From: an uncultured Sphingobacterium sp.
Lineage (GTDB): Bacteria; Bacteroidota; Bacteroidia; Sphingobacteriales; Sphingobacteriaceae
Direction of reading: 5' to 3'
DNA: 64,000 nt
Assembly: GCA_964616525.1 (NCBI GenBank)
Contig: CAZTRY010000006.1
Location: 2,793-66,792, forward strand
Both the position numbers and the translations under genes were made by a program. Position 1 is the stretch's first letter. The number at the start of each line of letters is the position of its first letter. Under the pieces are notes generated by a model. The model had not been told where the DNA came from. It did not search any database and saw nothing but the letters and a program-made list of their open reading frames with translations. This document shows, in pieces, positions 48,027 through 58,877 of the stretch.

Positions 48027-48144
48027 TTTTCTCTTTATTCTCAGGTACGAGAATCTAATAACATTGAGTTAATATTATTTGCTTTATTTAAAATCTTAAT
48101 ATTAACTCTTTTAATAAAAGAATAATGAAAGTGCAGGATGTAAA

Positions 48145-48723
48145 TTATGAAATAGTGTTAAAACAGGTTCTGCATCGAGGTTCGTAACTCTCTTTTTCAC
48201 CAAGCAATATTTTCGATTCACTGGGTACGGTACGGTATGAATAAGTTGCAGGTCCGCCACATTGTAAACAAACTGCATGTACTTTGTTTACCACTTCGGC
48301 AATTGACATCAGTTCGGGCATAGGGCCAAAAGGTTTACCCTGAAAATCCATATCCAGTCCGGCTATAATTACGCGAATTCCTCTGTTGGCCAGAGTATTG
48401 CATACATCGGGCAGTTGATCGTCAAAGAATTGGGCTTCGTCTATTCCTACAACTTCAGTGTTCGAACTCAGGAGAAGTATTGAAGCGGCATTTTCAACCG
48501 GGGTAGATTGAATGGAGTTAAGGTCGTGTGATACCACTGAGTTTTCATCATATCTGGTATCAGTTTTGGGCTTGAATATTTCAACATTAAGTTTAGCGAT
48601 CTGCGCACGACGGAGTCTTCTGATCAGTTCTTCTGTTTTGCCCGAAAACATTGATCCACAGATAACTTCAATGCTTCCGCTGAGCTCTTTTCTCCGTTTA
48701 AAATTGTGTTCGCTGAATAACAT
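48145..48723 (-). CDS. tdk: Thymidine kinase
   Basis: [11 protein letters not shown]-loop, IDEAQFF, GLDMDF, Zn Cys pairs, YEPRCR. Confidence 0.96.
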   Translation of the reverse strand: MLFSEHNFKRRKELSGSIEVICGSMFSGKTEELIRRLRRAQIAKLNVEIFKPKTDTRYDENSVVSHDLNSIQSTPVENAASILLLSSNTEVVGIDEAQFFDDQLPDVCNTLANRGIRVIIAGLDMDFQGKPFGPMPELMSIAEVVNKVHAVCLQCGGPATYSYRTVPSESKILLGEKESYEPRCRTCFNTIS

Positions 48724-48918
48724 TCTGCTTGTTTGTTCCTCTTTTTTACTGCTGCTAATATCCGATTTTTAATGGATTTAAGGGCACAGAAAAGCGATTT
48801 CCTGATCAATTTTTAGGCAATACATTTGATAAATGTCCTTATATTTGAATATGGCATTTTTGTCAGGGAACAATTTTCAGGCTGATTCAACCCGGTCGGC
48901 CCCAATATTCTATTAGGA

Positions 48919-49827
48919 ATGAATAAGAAAGAAATCTTTAAGAAAGTTGCCGGAATTATTGCAGAATTGAATGAGCAGTATGAATATCTGTCGAGGGATC
49001 CCGAAAATTTGAATGAACTTGAACTTGAGCTTTTTGCTGCTAACGCTGATTTTTTATCCGATCATATTTCAATTCTTCAGAAACTTAATCATAATTCGAA
49101 ATCAAATTATGCTGAGACAAATCCATCTGTTGCTGAAGGCGTTCTAGAACCTAATCAACTAGTTAATGAGAAGCCTGCTGAGGACATCATAATTGAAGAA
49201 GAAGTGATCATTCCTGAGTGGAAATTTGAGATTAAGGACGAAACTATCCAATCATTCGACTATGAAGAAAAGGCTGCACATGATTTATTTGATCGCCCGC
49301 TCACAGAGGAAGAAATAGAAGTAATTGAGAAGAAGACCCAATTGAAAGTCAAGCCTGATAACAGCACTGAACCCGAAACGGACGAATCTTCTGAGTCAGA
49401 ACAAGAGGAGGAAATACAGTCTGAAGATGATAAAAATCCTGTATTTGGAATATTTGAGCAAAATGCTGAGCAGGAACCGCTTAACCAGATAACAGAACCA
49501 GCGTCTGAAGAACAACCCCTCACAATTAATGAGATCCTTGCAGCACAGGCTTCTCAAAGTACAGTATCCAGCCAGTTTACCCAGAGGCAGGTAAAAGATC
49601 TGAAAAGTCTGATCAATCTGAACGATAAGTTAGTATTCGTCAGAGATTTGTTTAACGGCTACAGCCTGGCTTACAGCGAAGCTATTGAGATCCTGAATCG
49701 TTTTGAAAGTTTTGAGTCTGCAGATAATTTCCTTAAACAAAACTACTCCTCGAAGAATAATTGGGCTGAGAAGCAAAATATTGCAGACAAGTTTTACGAA
49801 ATTTTGAACCAGCGATTTTCTAGATAA
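48919..49827 (+). CDS. Hypothetical protein with acidic linker
   Basis: 302-aa ORF with helical ends and an E-rich middle; upstream TATATTTG box; 3' end overlaps the rodA stop by 8 nt. Confidence 0.7.
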   Translation: MNKKEIFKKVAGIIAELNEQYEYLSRDPENLNELELELFAANADFLSDHISILQKLNHNSKSNYAETNPSVAEGVLEPNQLVNEKPAEDIIIEEEVIIPEWKFEIKDETIQSFDYEEKAAHDLFDRPLTEEEIEVIEKKTQLKVKPDNSTEPETDESSESEQEEEIQSEDDKNPVFGIFEQNAEQEPLNQITEPASEEQPLTINEILAAQASQSTVSSQFTQRQVKDLKSLINLNDKLVFVRDLFNGYSLAYSEAIEILNRFESFESADNFLKQNYSSKNNWAEKQNIADKFYEILNQRFSR

Positions 49828-51079
49828 TTCCCATTCGGTTAGAATCAAATTTTAGCAGGATAAAGAGCAGGATCGTAAAACTCCATAAAGAAGAACCGCC
49901 ATAGCTTAAAAATGGGAGAGGGATACCAATCACCGGAATTAATCCAATGGTCATTCCTATATTGATAAAAACGTGGAAAAACAATATGGAGGCTACACCA
50001 TAGCCATAAATTCTGGCAAATGAGGATCGCTGCCGTTCAGCGATATTTACTATCCGGATCAGGAGAAATAGATATAAGCTGATCACAAGAAAACAACCTG
50101 CAAAGCCCCATTCCTCACCTACAGTGCAGAAAATGAAGTCGGTACTTTGTTCAGGAACGAAATCATATTTCGTTTGAGTGCCCTGAAGATATCCTTTCCC
50201 CCATAAGCCCCCTGATCCGATGGCTATTTTAGATTGATTTAAATTATATCCAATACCGCGCGGGTCATTTACCTTCCCAAGAATAACATCGATACGATTT
50301 TTCTGATGGGGTTTAAGGATCTTATTATATGCGAAATCAACAGAAAATATAAACAGGATTGAGAAAAGTAAACCTGAAACGATGACAGTTAAGGATTTTC
50401 TGCTTTTACGATAAAAATAAATGAGGGTTCCTGCCAGAGCTGTGACTCCAACCAATACCATATATTTATTATACAAAACTGTTAACACGAAGAGCACGAT
50501 AGAAAGCCCTTCAATGACCAGGAAATAGCCTGATAATCCCTCCCGGTATAATACCAGAATTAGCGAACTGAAAGTCAGTGCAGAACCTGCATCCGGCTGC
50601 AGCAAAATGAGGGCAGTTGGAAGGAGGATTATGAATGCTGCAGTTATCTGGGTTCTGATGTCCTGCACTTTTATAGTCCCCGAACCTAGATATCTGGCAA
50701 GTAATAAACAGGTAGCAAATTTGGCAAATTCTGAGGGTTGCAGCCTGAAACTGCCGATAGGAATCCATGCCTGATTTCCTCCAACATTACGACCAATTAT
50801 CAGAACAAGAATCAGAAGTAAAATGGTTATACCATAAAATACAGGTGAAAAGGTATTGAAAAACTTATTGTCAAACAGCAGAATAGCAAATCCGATGATA
50901 AATGCAGAAATAATGAAGATCAGTTGCTTACCATAATTTGTGTCAAGATCAATAATGCTTGGGTTGTTTGGGTCATAAACTGCAGCATGGATATTAAACC
51001 AGCCAATAATACACAGTGTCAGATAGGTTAATATGATAAACCAGTCTACATTAAAGAAGAGGCTGCGTTGATTATTCAT
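49820..51079 (-). CDS. rodA: Rod shape-determining protein RodA
   Basis: LQPSEFAK, QPDAG, GYNLNQSKIAIGSGG, PEQSTDFIF, LPFLSYGGSS. Confidence 0.96.
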   Translation of the reverse strand: MNNQRSLFFNVDWFIILTYLTLCIIGWFNIHAAVYDPNNPSIIDLDTNYGKQLIFIISAFIIGFAILLFDNKFFNTFSPVFYGITILLLILVLIIGRNVGGNQAWIPIGSFRLQPSEFAKFATCLLLARYLGSGTIKVQDIRTQITAAFIILLPTALILLQPDAGSALTFSSLILVLYREGLSGYFLVIEGLSIVLFVLTVLYNKYMVLVGVTALAGTLIYFYRKSRKSLTVIVSGLLFSILFIFSVDFAYNKILKPHQKNRIDVILGKVNDPRGIGYNLNQSKIAIGSGGLWGKGYLQGTQTKYDFVPEQSTDFIFCTVGEEWGFAGCFLVISLYLFLLIRIVNIAERQRSSFARIYGYGVASILFFHVFINIGMTIGLIPVIGIPLPFLSYGGSSLWSFTILLFILLKFDSNRMGII

Positions 51080-52979
51080 TGGATATTACCTTCGATTCTT
51101 TTAAAACTGTTTTGTTTCCGGTGCTGTCTGAATCCTGTTTCCTGCTTACTTTGGCCGAGCCCGGAAGCAAGTTCGCATCCAACAGCCGATCCATATAGGC
51201 TTTTGGTCTGTTGATTTTTTTATTGATGTATTTTTCAACCATCAGGCTGGCAATTGGTGCTGACCAGGTTGCTCCGAACCCTGCATTCTCTACCACTACT
51301 GCAATTGCGATTTTGGGATTCTCTCTGGGTGCAAATGCAACAAAAACAGAGTGATCTTTACCATGCGGGTTTTGTACTGTACCTGTTTTTCCGCACATTT
51401 CAATATCAGGAATCCGTGAATACCAGGCAGTACCACTTGGCTGATTAACTACCGCACTCATGCCATCGATGATAACATCAAAATACCTGGAATCAACCCC
51501 TGCACTGTTCTTCTTTAAAAACTCATCTCTAATTACATTTTCATCTCCAATGGCCTTAATCAGGTGTGGTTTATAGAAAAAACCACGATTAGCTACAATA
51601 GCCATCACATTTGCCATTTGTAATGGAGTTATTCCCAACTCCCCCTGACCGATTGATAAGGATATCGTAAAAGCAGAACCCCATCTGTCATTTTTGAAGC
51701 GTTTGGTGTAGAAATCTGAAGTAGGGAGGAGTCCATCGCGTTCTCCCGGCAAGTCGATACCCAATGCAGTTCCAATTCCGAAAGCAGAAACGGCTGCGCG
51801 CCATTTTTTGTAGGCATTTACCGGCCTCATACCTGCCTGATCAATCATTCTGGCATAGGTATAACCATAGTAAGTATTGCATGACTCTGTAATTGATCCT
51901 TTTAGTCCGATTGAACCATGGACATGTGTACAGCCCATAAAACCCTGACGGCCATAACGATATCCTCCCGGACAAAAGAAATAGGTATTCTCATTGATTA
52001 ATCCAAACTGCTGGGCAACCAGTGCGTTAACCACTTTAAAAATTGAACCTGGCGGATACTCAGCCTGAATGGGGCGGACAAACATGGGTTTATAGGTGTC
52101 GTTGAGCAGGGCCATATAATTATTGCCTCTCTGACGGCCAACCATCAGATTTGGGTCGTAGCCCGGACTGCTGACAAAAGATAATATTTCTCCTGTTGAA
52201 GGCTCTATTGCGACGATACTGCCGATCTTATTCCTCATCAGCTGCTCTCCCATTTTTTGCAGATCCTTATCCAAGGAAGAAATCATATGCTCACCTGCCA
52301 CTGCAACAGTATCATATTTTCCATCTGCATAATTTCCTTTTGGCCGGTTTAATGCATCAACCATAAGGTTTTGTACGCCGCGACGTCCTCTTAATAATTC
52401 CTCGTATGATTTTTCAATACCTGTAATTCCGTGATAGTCACCCTGATTATAAAAGCCTTTGGAATTCTCAATTACTTTTTGATTTACCTCGCCTATGTAA
52501 CCCAGAAAATGGGCTGCGATACTATCCGGATATCTTCTGACAGTTCTGTTTTGGACAAAAAAACCGGGGAAATTGCTTAGCTTCTCCTGAAAAGAGGCAT
52601 AAATCTGTACGGAAAGCTGCTTCTCAAAAATAGAAGCTTTGTATGGGGAATAGGAACGTGCCTTTTTGAATCTCCTGTCAAACCCTTTTTTATCAATTCC
52701 GATCAGATTGCAGAATTCAATGGTATCAAATGGCTTTACTTCTCTGGGAATAACCATCAGGTCATAAACAGGCTCATTTTGTACCAGAATATGTTGATTC
52801 CTGTCAAGAATAACACCCCGTGCAGGATAAATGGGTAATCTCCTGATCACATTATTTTCTGCAGACAGAATGTACTCATCACTGATTACCTGTATATAAA
52901 ACAGACGCACGAGCAGAATTATGGTTATGGCAATGAATATTCCCTGAACGACAAACTTTCTCGCAAAAAAACTATTCAT
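51072..52979 (-). CDS. mrdA: Penicillin-binding protein 2
   Basis: RGVILDR, PGSIFK (SxxK), SCN (SxN), KTGT; adjacent to rodA. Confidence 0.95.
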   Translation of the reverse strand: MNSFFARKFVVQGIFIAITIILLVRLFYIQVISDEYILSAENNVIRRLPIYPARGVILDRNQHILVQNEPVYDLMVIPREVKPFDTIEFCNLIGIDKKGFDRRFKKARSYSPYKASIFEKQLSVQIYASFQEKLSNFPGFFVQNRTVRRYPDSIAAHFLGYIGEVNQKVIENSKGFYNQGDYHGITGIEKSYEELLRGRRGVQNLMVDALNRPKGNYADGKYDTVAVAGEHMISSLDKDLQKMGEQLMRNKIGSIVAIEPSTGEILSFVSSPGYDPNLMVGRQRGNNYMALLNDTYKPMFVRPIQAEYPPGSIFKVVNALVAQQFGLINENTYFFCPGGYRYGRQGFMGCTHVHGSIGLKGSITESCNTYYGYTYARMIDQAGMRPVNAYKKWRAAVSAFGIGTALGIDLPGERDGLLPTSDFYTKRFKNDRWGSAFTISLSIGQGELGITPLQMANVMAIVANRGFFYKPHLIKAIGDENVIRDEFLKKNSAGVDSRYFDVIIDGMSAVVNQPSGTAWYSRIPDIEMCGKTGTVQNPHGKDHSVFVAFAPRENPKIAIAVVVENAGFGATWSAPIASLMVEKYINKKINRPKAYMDRLLDANLLPGSAKVSRKQDSDSTGNKTVLKESKVISNE

Positions 52980-53262
52980 TAATTCTGATCAGATATTTTT
53001 TGTTTTTTACTGCAATTAATCTTTAATAATCCGAATGATCAGAAAAATTTCCTTTCATTTTGAATATCAAACCGTAAAAGTAAGAAAGAATTTATTCTGC
53101 GGGGGTATGCCACATCTAAATATTTAAGCTTATTTGTTTGAAGTAGTGATATGGATGTTAAACTCCAGAAAGTCTGCAATATTGGAGTTTTAAAGTAAAA
53201 AGTACCATTAATGCAATGAATTATGCCATAATTGGCTTATTCCTTTAGATATATTTGTAAAT

Positions 53263-54171
53263 ATGAAAAGTGATATTCCTGTTTATGATATAAGCTCGTT
53301 TTCGGAGTTCAGGCATGAGGATATCCTGGTTGCCCGATTATCTGAATACTGGGATACTCATAAAGACCTATATTATTCACATCGTCACAGTTTTTATCAC
53401 ATTGTTCTTTTTAAGGAGGGTAATGGTACTCATAGTATCGACTTTCAAACATTTCCTGTGAGGGCGAATCAGATGTATTTTATGATTCCGGGGCAGGTTC
53501 ATAACTGGAATTTTCAGGGCGCGGTTGAGGGTTATGTTATTAATTTTTCAATATCTTTTTTTCAATCATTCTTATTAAAGTCTGATTTCCTGCATGATTT
53601 AAGTTTTTTCAGTGGGGTTGCATCAGATTCTGTGATACAGGTGCCTGATGAACTTGCATTGAAGATAGGGCGAATCTTTGAGGAGATACTTGATGAAAGT
53701 TTGGGAAACCGGGTATCCGGACTTACCCTCGTTCGAACTTTGCTGATTCAGGTTTTTATTCTCCTGTCACGATTAAATAACTTTCAACATCCTGAGGTAG
53801 TTGCCTCCCGGAATCACACACTCCTGAAAAACTTCAAAAGGCTTATTGAAAAAAATTATATCAACCTGAAATTACCCAGGGATTACGCTGAACTCCTGTA
53901 TATCACTCCCAATCATCTGAATGCTCTATCCAATCATTTATTGGGAAGTTCGGCAGGAGAAATAATCAGGAACCGGCTGTTTCTGGAAGCTAAAAGACTA
54001 TTAATGAATCCCGACCTGACCATCAGCGAAGTGGCAAGTAATCTAAACTTTGTTGATAACTCCTATTTCAGCAGAGCCTTTAAGAAAAATGTTGGGATTA
54101 GTCCCGAGGAATTCAGGTGGAAAAGCTTAAACAATCAATATGAATCCGACATGATTAAAATAAACAGATGA
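53263..54171 (+). CDS. AraC-family regulator with cupin sensing domain
   Basis: HRHSFY, HSIDF, PGQVH; HTH ISEVASNLNFVDNSYFSRAFKK; TATATTTG box at 53250-53257. Confidence 0.9.
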   Translation: MKSDIPVYDISSFSEFRHEDILVARLSEYWDTHKDLYYSHRHSFYHIVLFKEGNGTHSIDFQTFPVRANQMYFMIPGQVHNWNFQGAVEGYVINFSISFFQSFLLKSDFLHDLSFFSGVASDSVIQVPDELALKIGRIFEEILDESLGNRVSGLTLVRTLLIQVFILLSRLNNFQHPEVVASRNHTLLKNFKRLIEKNYINLKLPRDYAELLYITPNHLNALSNHLLGSSAGEIIRNRLFLEAKRLLMNPDLTISEVASNLNFVDNSYFSRAFKKNVGISPEEFRWKSLNNQYESDMIKINR

Positions 54172-54584
54172 AAACAATCAACCAACCAAAAGAGATATCG
54201 CAACTTAGTGCAGTTATCAGCTCAAAATGCCCTCGTTGCCGTAAGGGCGATATGTTTGTAAATTCTATGTATGGGTTTAAAGCCCAGAAAATGCATACAA
54301 ATTGTCCTCACTGTGGTTTGAAATACGAAAGGGAGTTAGGGTATTTTTACGTTGCAATGTTTGTCTCTTATGCACTGAATGTTGCTCAAATGATCGTTGC
54401 AGGAATTTTGACCTATCTGATTACCGGGAATACAGAGAGCCCTTGGTTGTATATGGCAACTATTTTTCCAATTGTTCTGATTCTTGCACCATTTAATTTC
54501 AGATACTCAAGGGTATTACTGCTACATTATATGACCCCGGGCTTAAATTACGTTCCTGCCATGGGAGCAGAGCACAAGGAATAA
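54168..54584 (+). CDS. DUF983 family membrane protein
   Basis: KCPRCRKG, CPHCG, ERELGYFYVAMFVSY, two TM helices; ATGA overlap with AraC. Confidence 0.82.
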   Translation: MKTINQPKEISQLSAVISSKCPRCRKGDMFVNSMYGFKAQKMHTNCPHCGLKYERELGYFYVAMFVSYALNVAQMIVAGILTYLITGNTESPWLYMATIFPIVLILAPFNFRYSRVLLLHYMTPGLNYVPAMGAEHKE

Positions 54585-54598
54585 TAGCTCAACTGAAA

Positions 54599-55114
54599 TT
54601 ACCTGATTTTCTTTCTGAAAAAGGCAAACTCAGTAATCAGAATCAGGAGGACTGTAAACAGGGTACTTAGTACAACACGAATCAATGTATATCCTAGTTC
54701 TGAAAATTTGAAGGTTTCGAAACTGAATAAAATCAGGTGATGGAAGAAGGTTAGGATAATAGCATAAAAGACAAACCATCTGAATCCCATTATGCCTAGG
54801 CTGGGTTCCGGTTCATTGTCAAAACCATCGCGCTGAACTGTTACAGAAATAAAAACAATCCTGACAAATGCCATTACGGTACAGGCAAGAGCATTAAGTC
54901 CGAGTGTATCGTAAAAAACGTCGATTGTTATACCAGTAAAGAAGGCCAGTAGAAAGAGCAATGCATTTGGTATTCCGAAAGGCAGCAACAGAATAAACAG
55001 GATATAGAGATAGGGTATGCTCAGATTATAATAACCAATATTTTTAAACAGAAAAACCTGAGTGGCAATCAGTACAATAAAACGGATACTATTTATAATT
55101 ACTGCCCGCCCCAT
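54599..55114 (-). CDS. mreD: Rod shape-determining protein MreD
   Basis: Hydrophobic; YILFILLLP and GITIDVFYDTLG; follows mreC. Confidence 0.88.
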   Translation of the reverse strand: MGRAVIINSIRFIVLIATQVFLFKNIGYYNLSIPYLYILFILLLPFGIPNALLFLLAFFTGITIDVFYDTLGLNALACTVMAFVRIVFISVTVQRDGFDNEPEPSLGIMGFRWFVFYAIILTFFHHLILFSFETFKFSELGYTLIRVVLSTLFTVLLILITEFAFFRKKIR

Positions 55115-55941
55115 TATTCAACTTTATTTTGAGCTTCCAAAACCAGTTGTTCCTCTGAAAGCAGATTGATGATCACATAAACATACTGTAATTTTGTAAA
55201 ATCGGTATCCAGTTTTACCTTAATTTTGAGGGCACTGTTCCCATCTCTTGTGTTTGATTCACTCACATATCCGATATTTGTACCCGGAGGGAAGAGGGAG
55301 AATTCAGAAGTAATTACTCTTGCACCCTTCCTGATAGTCAAATGGCTTTGAATATCTTTCAGAAGGGCGAATCTCGAGTCATAATTTCCTTCTCCCCAGA
55401 CCAGGGAGCCGATATTCCCATCTACGCTTGCGCTGATTTTAGTTTCGGTATGAAGCAGTGACCGCACGGTTGAAAAATTGGCGGAAACATTTAAAACAAT
55501 ACCGACAACCCCACTTGAAGAAATAACCCCCATTCCCTTCTTTATTCCATGCTTGCTACCCCGGTTAATGGTTAAATAATTGTTCTTCTGGTGCACTGAA
55601 TTATTGATTACCCTTGCCACCGTGTAAGTATATTGCTGTTTTAGTGTACTATCTTTTACTGTTACCTGTTTAAGACTATCATCGTAATAGGAGGATTTGA
55701 GGAGATTTCTGAGTCTGGCATTCTCTGTAGCCAGACTATCATTGGTTTCCCCCAAAACCAGGTAGCTGCTAAACTTATTTACACGCTCATATGCTTGGCC
55801 AACTATCTGATTCGATGAGTTCCAAACGCTTGCTCGCTGATAGGAATTATTATTAATCAGCAGAATCAGTGAAATGGTGAAGAAGATTATGAACAAAAAA
55901 AATGCGTTATACTTACTGATGAAAAGCCAGAGGTTACGCAT
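55114..55941 (-). CDS. mreC: Rod shape-determining protein MreC
   Basis: LATENARLR coiled coil, ARVINNS, TINRGSKHGIKKGMGV, GVVG, FPPG. Confidence 0.93.
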   Translation of the reverse strand: MRNLWLFISKYNAFFLFIIFFTISLILLINNNSYQRASVWNSSNQIVGQAYERVNKFSSYLVLGETNDSLATENARLRNLLKSSYYDDSLKQVTVKDSTLKQQYTYTVARVINNSVHQKNNYLTINRGSKHGIKKGMGVISSSGVVGIVLNVSANFSTVRSLLHTETKISASVDGNIGSLVWGEGNYDSRFALLKDIQSHLTIRKGARVITSEFSLFPPGTNIGYVSESNTRDGNSALKIKVKLDTDFTKLQYVYVIINLLSEEQLVLEAQNKVE

Positions 55942-55951
55942 AATTTATTTT

Positions 55952-56052
55952 TGAGTTATAAGTTGTAAGTAATAAGTTGTAGGTTTTAAGTATTAAGTTA
56001 GAATATTTGAAATAAATACTTTTTAAGCAGGATTTCAGAACTTATAACTTAA
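55952..56052. repeat. Degenerate TAAGTTR 7-mer array with short inverted partner
   Basis: tgagtta-taagttg-taagtaa-taagttg-taggttt-taagtat-taagtta, and aacttataacttaa at 56039-56052. Confidence 0.65.
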
Positions 56053-56063
56053 TACATACAACT

Positions 56064-57086
56064 CTATTGCATTAAGAACTTAAAGTTTCCAATATTTTTT
56101 AAGGCGATACCAGTTCCCCTGACAACTGCACGTAAAGGATCTTCAGCTACGTGTACAGGAAGTTTGGTTTTTGCTCCGATACGTTTGTCCAATCCACGTA
56201 AAAGGGCACCACCACCTGTTAAATAGATACCAGTCTGATAAATATCTGCAGAAAGCTCAGGAGGGGTGATCTCCAATGCTTTCAAAATGGCTTCCTCTAT
56301 TTTTGATATGGACTTATCAAGGCAATGTGCAATTTCTGTATAAGAAACTGTGATTTGCTTCGGTACACCGGTCATCAGATCACGGCCCTGCACCGCATAG
56401 TCTGCAGGTGGATCGGATAGTTCAGGTAGAGCGGCACCAACTTCAATTTTGATCTTTTCTGCGGTACGATCACCGATCATGATATTATGTTGCCTCCGGA
56501 TGTATTGAACGATATCACTGTCAAAATTATCACCTGCAACACGAATAGACTGATCACACACAATTCCGGAAAGAGCAATAACTGCGATCTCTGTGGTTCC
56601 ACCACCAATATCAATAATCATATTTCCCATTGGCTCTTCCACATCAATACCAATACCCACAGCGGCAGCCATTGGTTCATGAATCAGGTAAACCTCTTTT
56701 GCTCCGGCAATCTCGGCAGAGTCGCGTACTGCACGCTTTTCAACTTCAGTAATACCTGATGGGATACAGATGACCATGCGGAGGGATGGGAAAAACCATC
56801 CTTTACCGTTATTAATCATTTTGATCATTCCCCTGATCATATATTCCGCCGCATTAAAGTCGGCAATTACTCCATCTTTTAATGGCCTGACCGTGCGGAT
56901 ATTATCATGGGTTTTACCTTCCATTTGCATGGCCTGACGCCCGATAGCAATAACCTTATTTGTAGTCCGGTCAAAAGCCACAATCGAAGGCTCATCAACC
57001 ACAACTTTATCATTATGTATTATAAGAGTGTTTGCTGTGCCCAGGTCAATTGCAATCTCTTGTGTAAACCAGTTAAATAATCCCAT
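56064..57086 (-). CDS. mreB: Rod shape-determining protein MreB
   Basis: IAIDLGTANT, RPLKDGVIADF, EPMAAA, DIGGGTTE, LTGGGALL. Confidence 0.97.
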   Translation of the reverse strand: MGLFNWFTQEIAIDLGTANTLIIHNDKVVVDEPSIVAFDRTTNKVIAIGRQAMQMEGKTHDNIRTVRPLKDGVIADFNAAEYMIRGMIKMINNGKGWFFPSLRMVICIPSGITEVEKRAVRDSAEIAGAKEVYLIHEPMAAAVGIGIDVEEPMGNMIIDIGGGTTEIAVIALSGIVCDQSIRVAGDNFDSDIVQYIRRQHNIMIGDRTAEKIKIEVGAALPELSDPPADYAVQGRDLMTGVPKQITVSYTEIAHCLDKSISKIEEAILKALEITPPELSADIYQTGIYLTGGGALLRGLDKRIGAKTKLPVHVAEDPLRAVVRGTGIALKNIGNFKFLMQ

Positions 57087-57183
57087 CTTTATTTCTTATC
57101 GTGTTGAAAATGTATTTACTAAGATAAACTCTTTTATTAATCATGGTAGTATAAAAGCCCATGATTTTATTGTAAGTCTCCTA

Positions 57184-58710
57184 TTAATGTTTAAAATGTC
57201 GGATGCCTGTAGTGACCATACCCACACCTTTGGCATTCGCCATATCAATGGATTCCTGATCTTTAATAGAACCTCCGGGTTGTAAAATCATGACAACTCC
57301 CGCGTCAGCAGCAATTTCTACACAGTCAGGGAAAGGGAAAAATGCGTCAGAAGCCATTACGCTTCCGGCCAGATCAAAATTAAATGCCTTTGCTTTTACA
57401 ATAGCCTGCTGAAGTGCATCAACACGTGAAGTTTGACCAACACCACTTGCAATTAAACAAGAATTTCTGGCAAGAACGATGGTATTTGATTTGGTATGTT
57501 TTACAATCTTATTTGCAAAGACCAGATCTTTTAATTGTTGTTCAGTTGCTTTACGTTCTGTTACAGGCTTCATTTCTGCAATTGTTTCCATCAGCATATC
57601 CTTATCCTGTTCAATTACTCCATTGAGTAATGTCTTAAACTGTTTTGAAGGCAGTTTCACATCGTTTCTTTTAAGCAGAATGCGATTCTTCTTAGCAGTT
57701 AGTATTTGTTTTGCAGACTCTGCAAAGGAAGGAGCGATAAGCACCTCAAAAAACAGATTATTGATTTCAGCAGCTGTCTCAGCATCAATTTCACGATTGC
57801 AGATCAGGACGCCACCAAAAGCCGATACTGGATCACAGGCAAGCGCTGCCTTCCATGCATCAATTATGGATTCATTGCTTGCAATTCCACAGGCATTGGT
57901 ATGTTTAAGTATTGCAAAAGTTGGTTCTTCAAACTCATCAATCAGTGCAACTGCAGCGTCGACATCAACAAGGTTATTATAGGAAAGTTCCTTGCCATTT
58001 AGTTTGTCAAACATGGCATCCAGATCACCATAAAAAACACCATTTTGATGTGGGTTTTCACCATAACGCAGGGTAATGGCCTTTTGTTCACTGTATTTGA
58101 AAACTGTTAAGGGTTCTTCCTCATTAAAATAGTTAAAGATTGCTGTATCGTAATGAGATGAAACATTGAATGCCTGGCGTGCAAAAGCTTTGCGTTGACT
58201 AAGTGTGGTGTATCCCCCATTTTCAGTTAGGATATCCCCTAATGTTTTATAGTTGTCTTTAGATGCAATGATGACTACATCATTAAAATTCTTGGCTGCA
58301 GCACGTATCAGAGATATTCCACCGATGTCAATCTTCTCGATGATGTCGGCATCCGAAGCTCCTGACCTAAGGGTCTCTTCGAAAGGGTAGAGGTCCACAA
58401 TTACCAGATCAATTTCCGGAATTTCATATTGCCCGATCTGCGCATTGTCCTCTTTGTTTTCCCTGCGGTTCAGAATACCTCCGAAGACTTTGGGATGAAG
58501 TGTTTTTACACGCCCGCCCAAAATTGAAGGGTATCCGGTCAGATCCTCAACGGCAATCACATCGATACCAAGTTCACGAATGAATTTTTCTGTACCTCCG
58601 GTTGAATAAAATATCACACCCTGCTCATGCAACTGGCGGATGAGAGGTTCTAAATTATCTTTATAATAGACTGAAATTAAGGCGTTTTTGATCTTGACAG
58701 GATGGCTCAT
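57184..58710 (-). CDS. purH: Bifunctional AICAR transformylase/IMP cyclohydrolase
   Basis: ALISVY, STGGT, GGRVKTLHP, IDIGG, LRYGENPHQ, KHTNACG, ASDAFFPF, RHFKH. Confidence 0.97.
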   Translation of the reverse strand: MSHPVKIKNALISVYYKDNLEPLIRQLHEQGVIFYSTGGTEKFIRELGIDVIAVEDLTGYPSILGGRVKTLHPKVFGGILNRRENKEDNAQIGQYEIPEIDLVIVDLYPFEETLRSGASDADIIEKIDIGGISLIRAAAKNFNDVVIIASKDNYKTLGDILTENGGYTTLSQRKAFARQAFNVSSHYDTAIFNYFNEEEPLTVFKYSEQKAITLRYGENPHQNGVFYGDLDAMFDKLNGKELSYNNLVDVDAAVALIDEFEEPTFAILKHTNACGIASNESIIDAWKAALACDPVSAFGGVLICNREIDAETAAEINNLFFEVLIAPSFAESAKQILTAKKNRILLKRNDVKLPSKQFKTLLNGVIEQDKDMLMETIAEMKPVTERKATEQQLKDLVFANKIVKHTKSNTIVLARNSCLIASGVGQTSRVDALQQAIVKAKAFNFDLAGSVMASDAFFPFPDCVEIAADAGVVMILQPGGSIKDQESIDMANAKGVGMVTTGIRHFKH

Positions 58711-58877
58711 TGAGATTTAATTCTAAAACCGCAAAGATAGTTTTTTTGATCGGTTTGCTATGAAAATTTTAATGAAAAATCTACCGAAAACAATGATTTA
58801 TAATAGCAGACAATTCGCGGGGTTTTTAGAAATATATTGCTGGAAGGATGAGTAGCTAAAAGTCAGGAGATATTGGA

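Noticed and set aside
57479-57982. 167-aa ORF opposite purH, and similar short overlapping ORFs throughout the track
   Set aside because: They lie wholly within well-supported genes on the other strand or frame and have no motifs.
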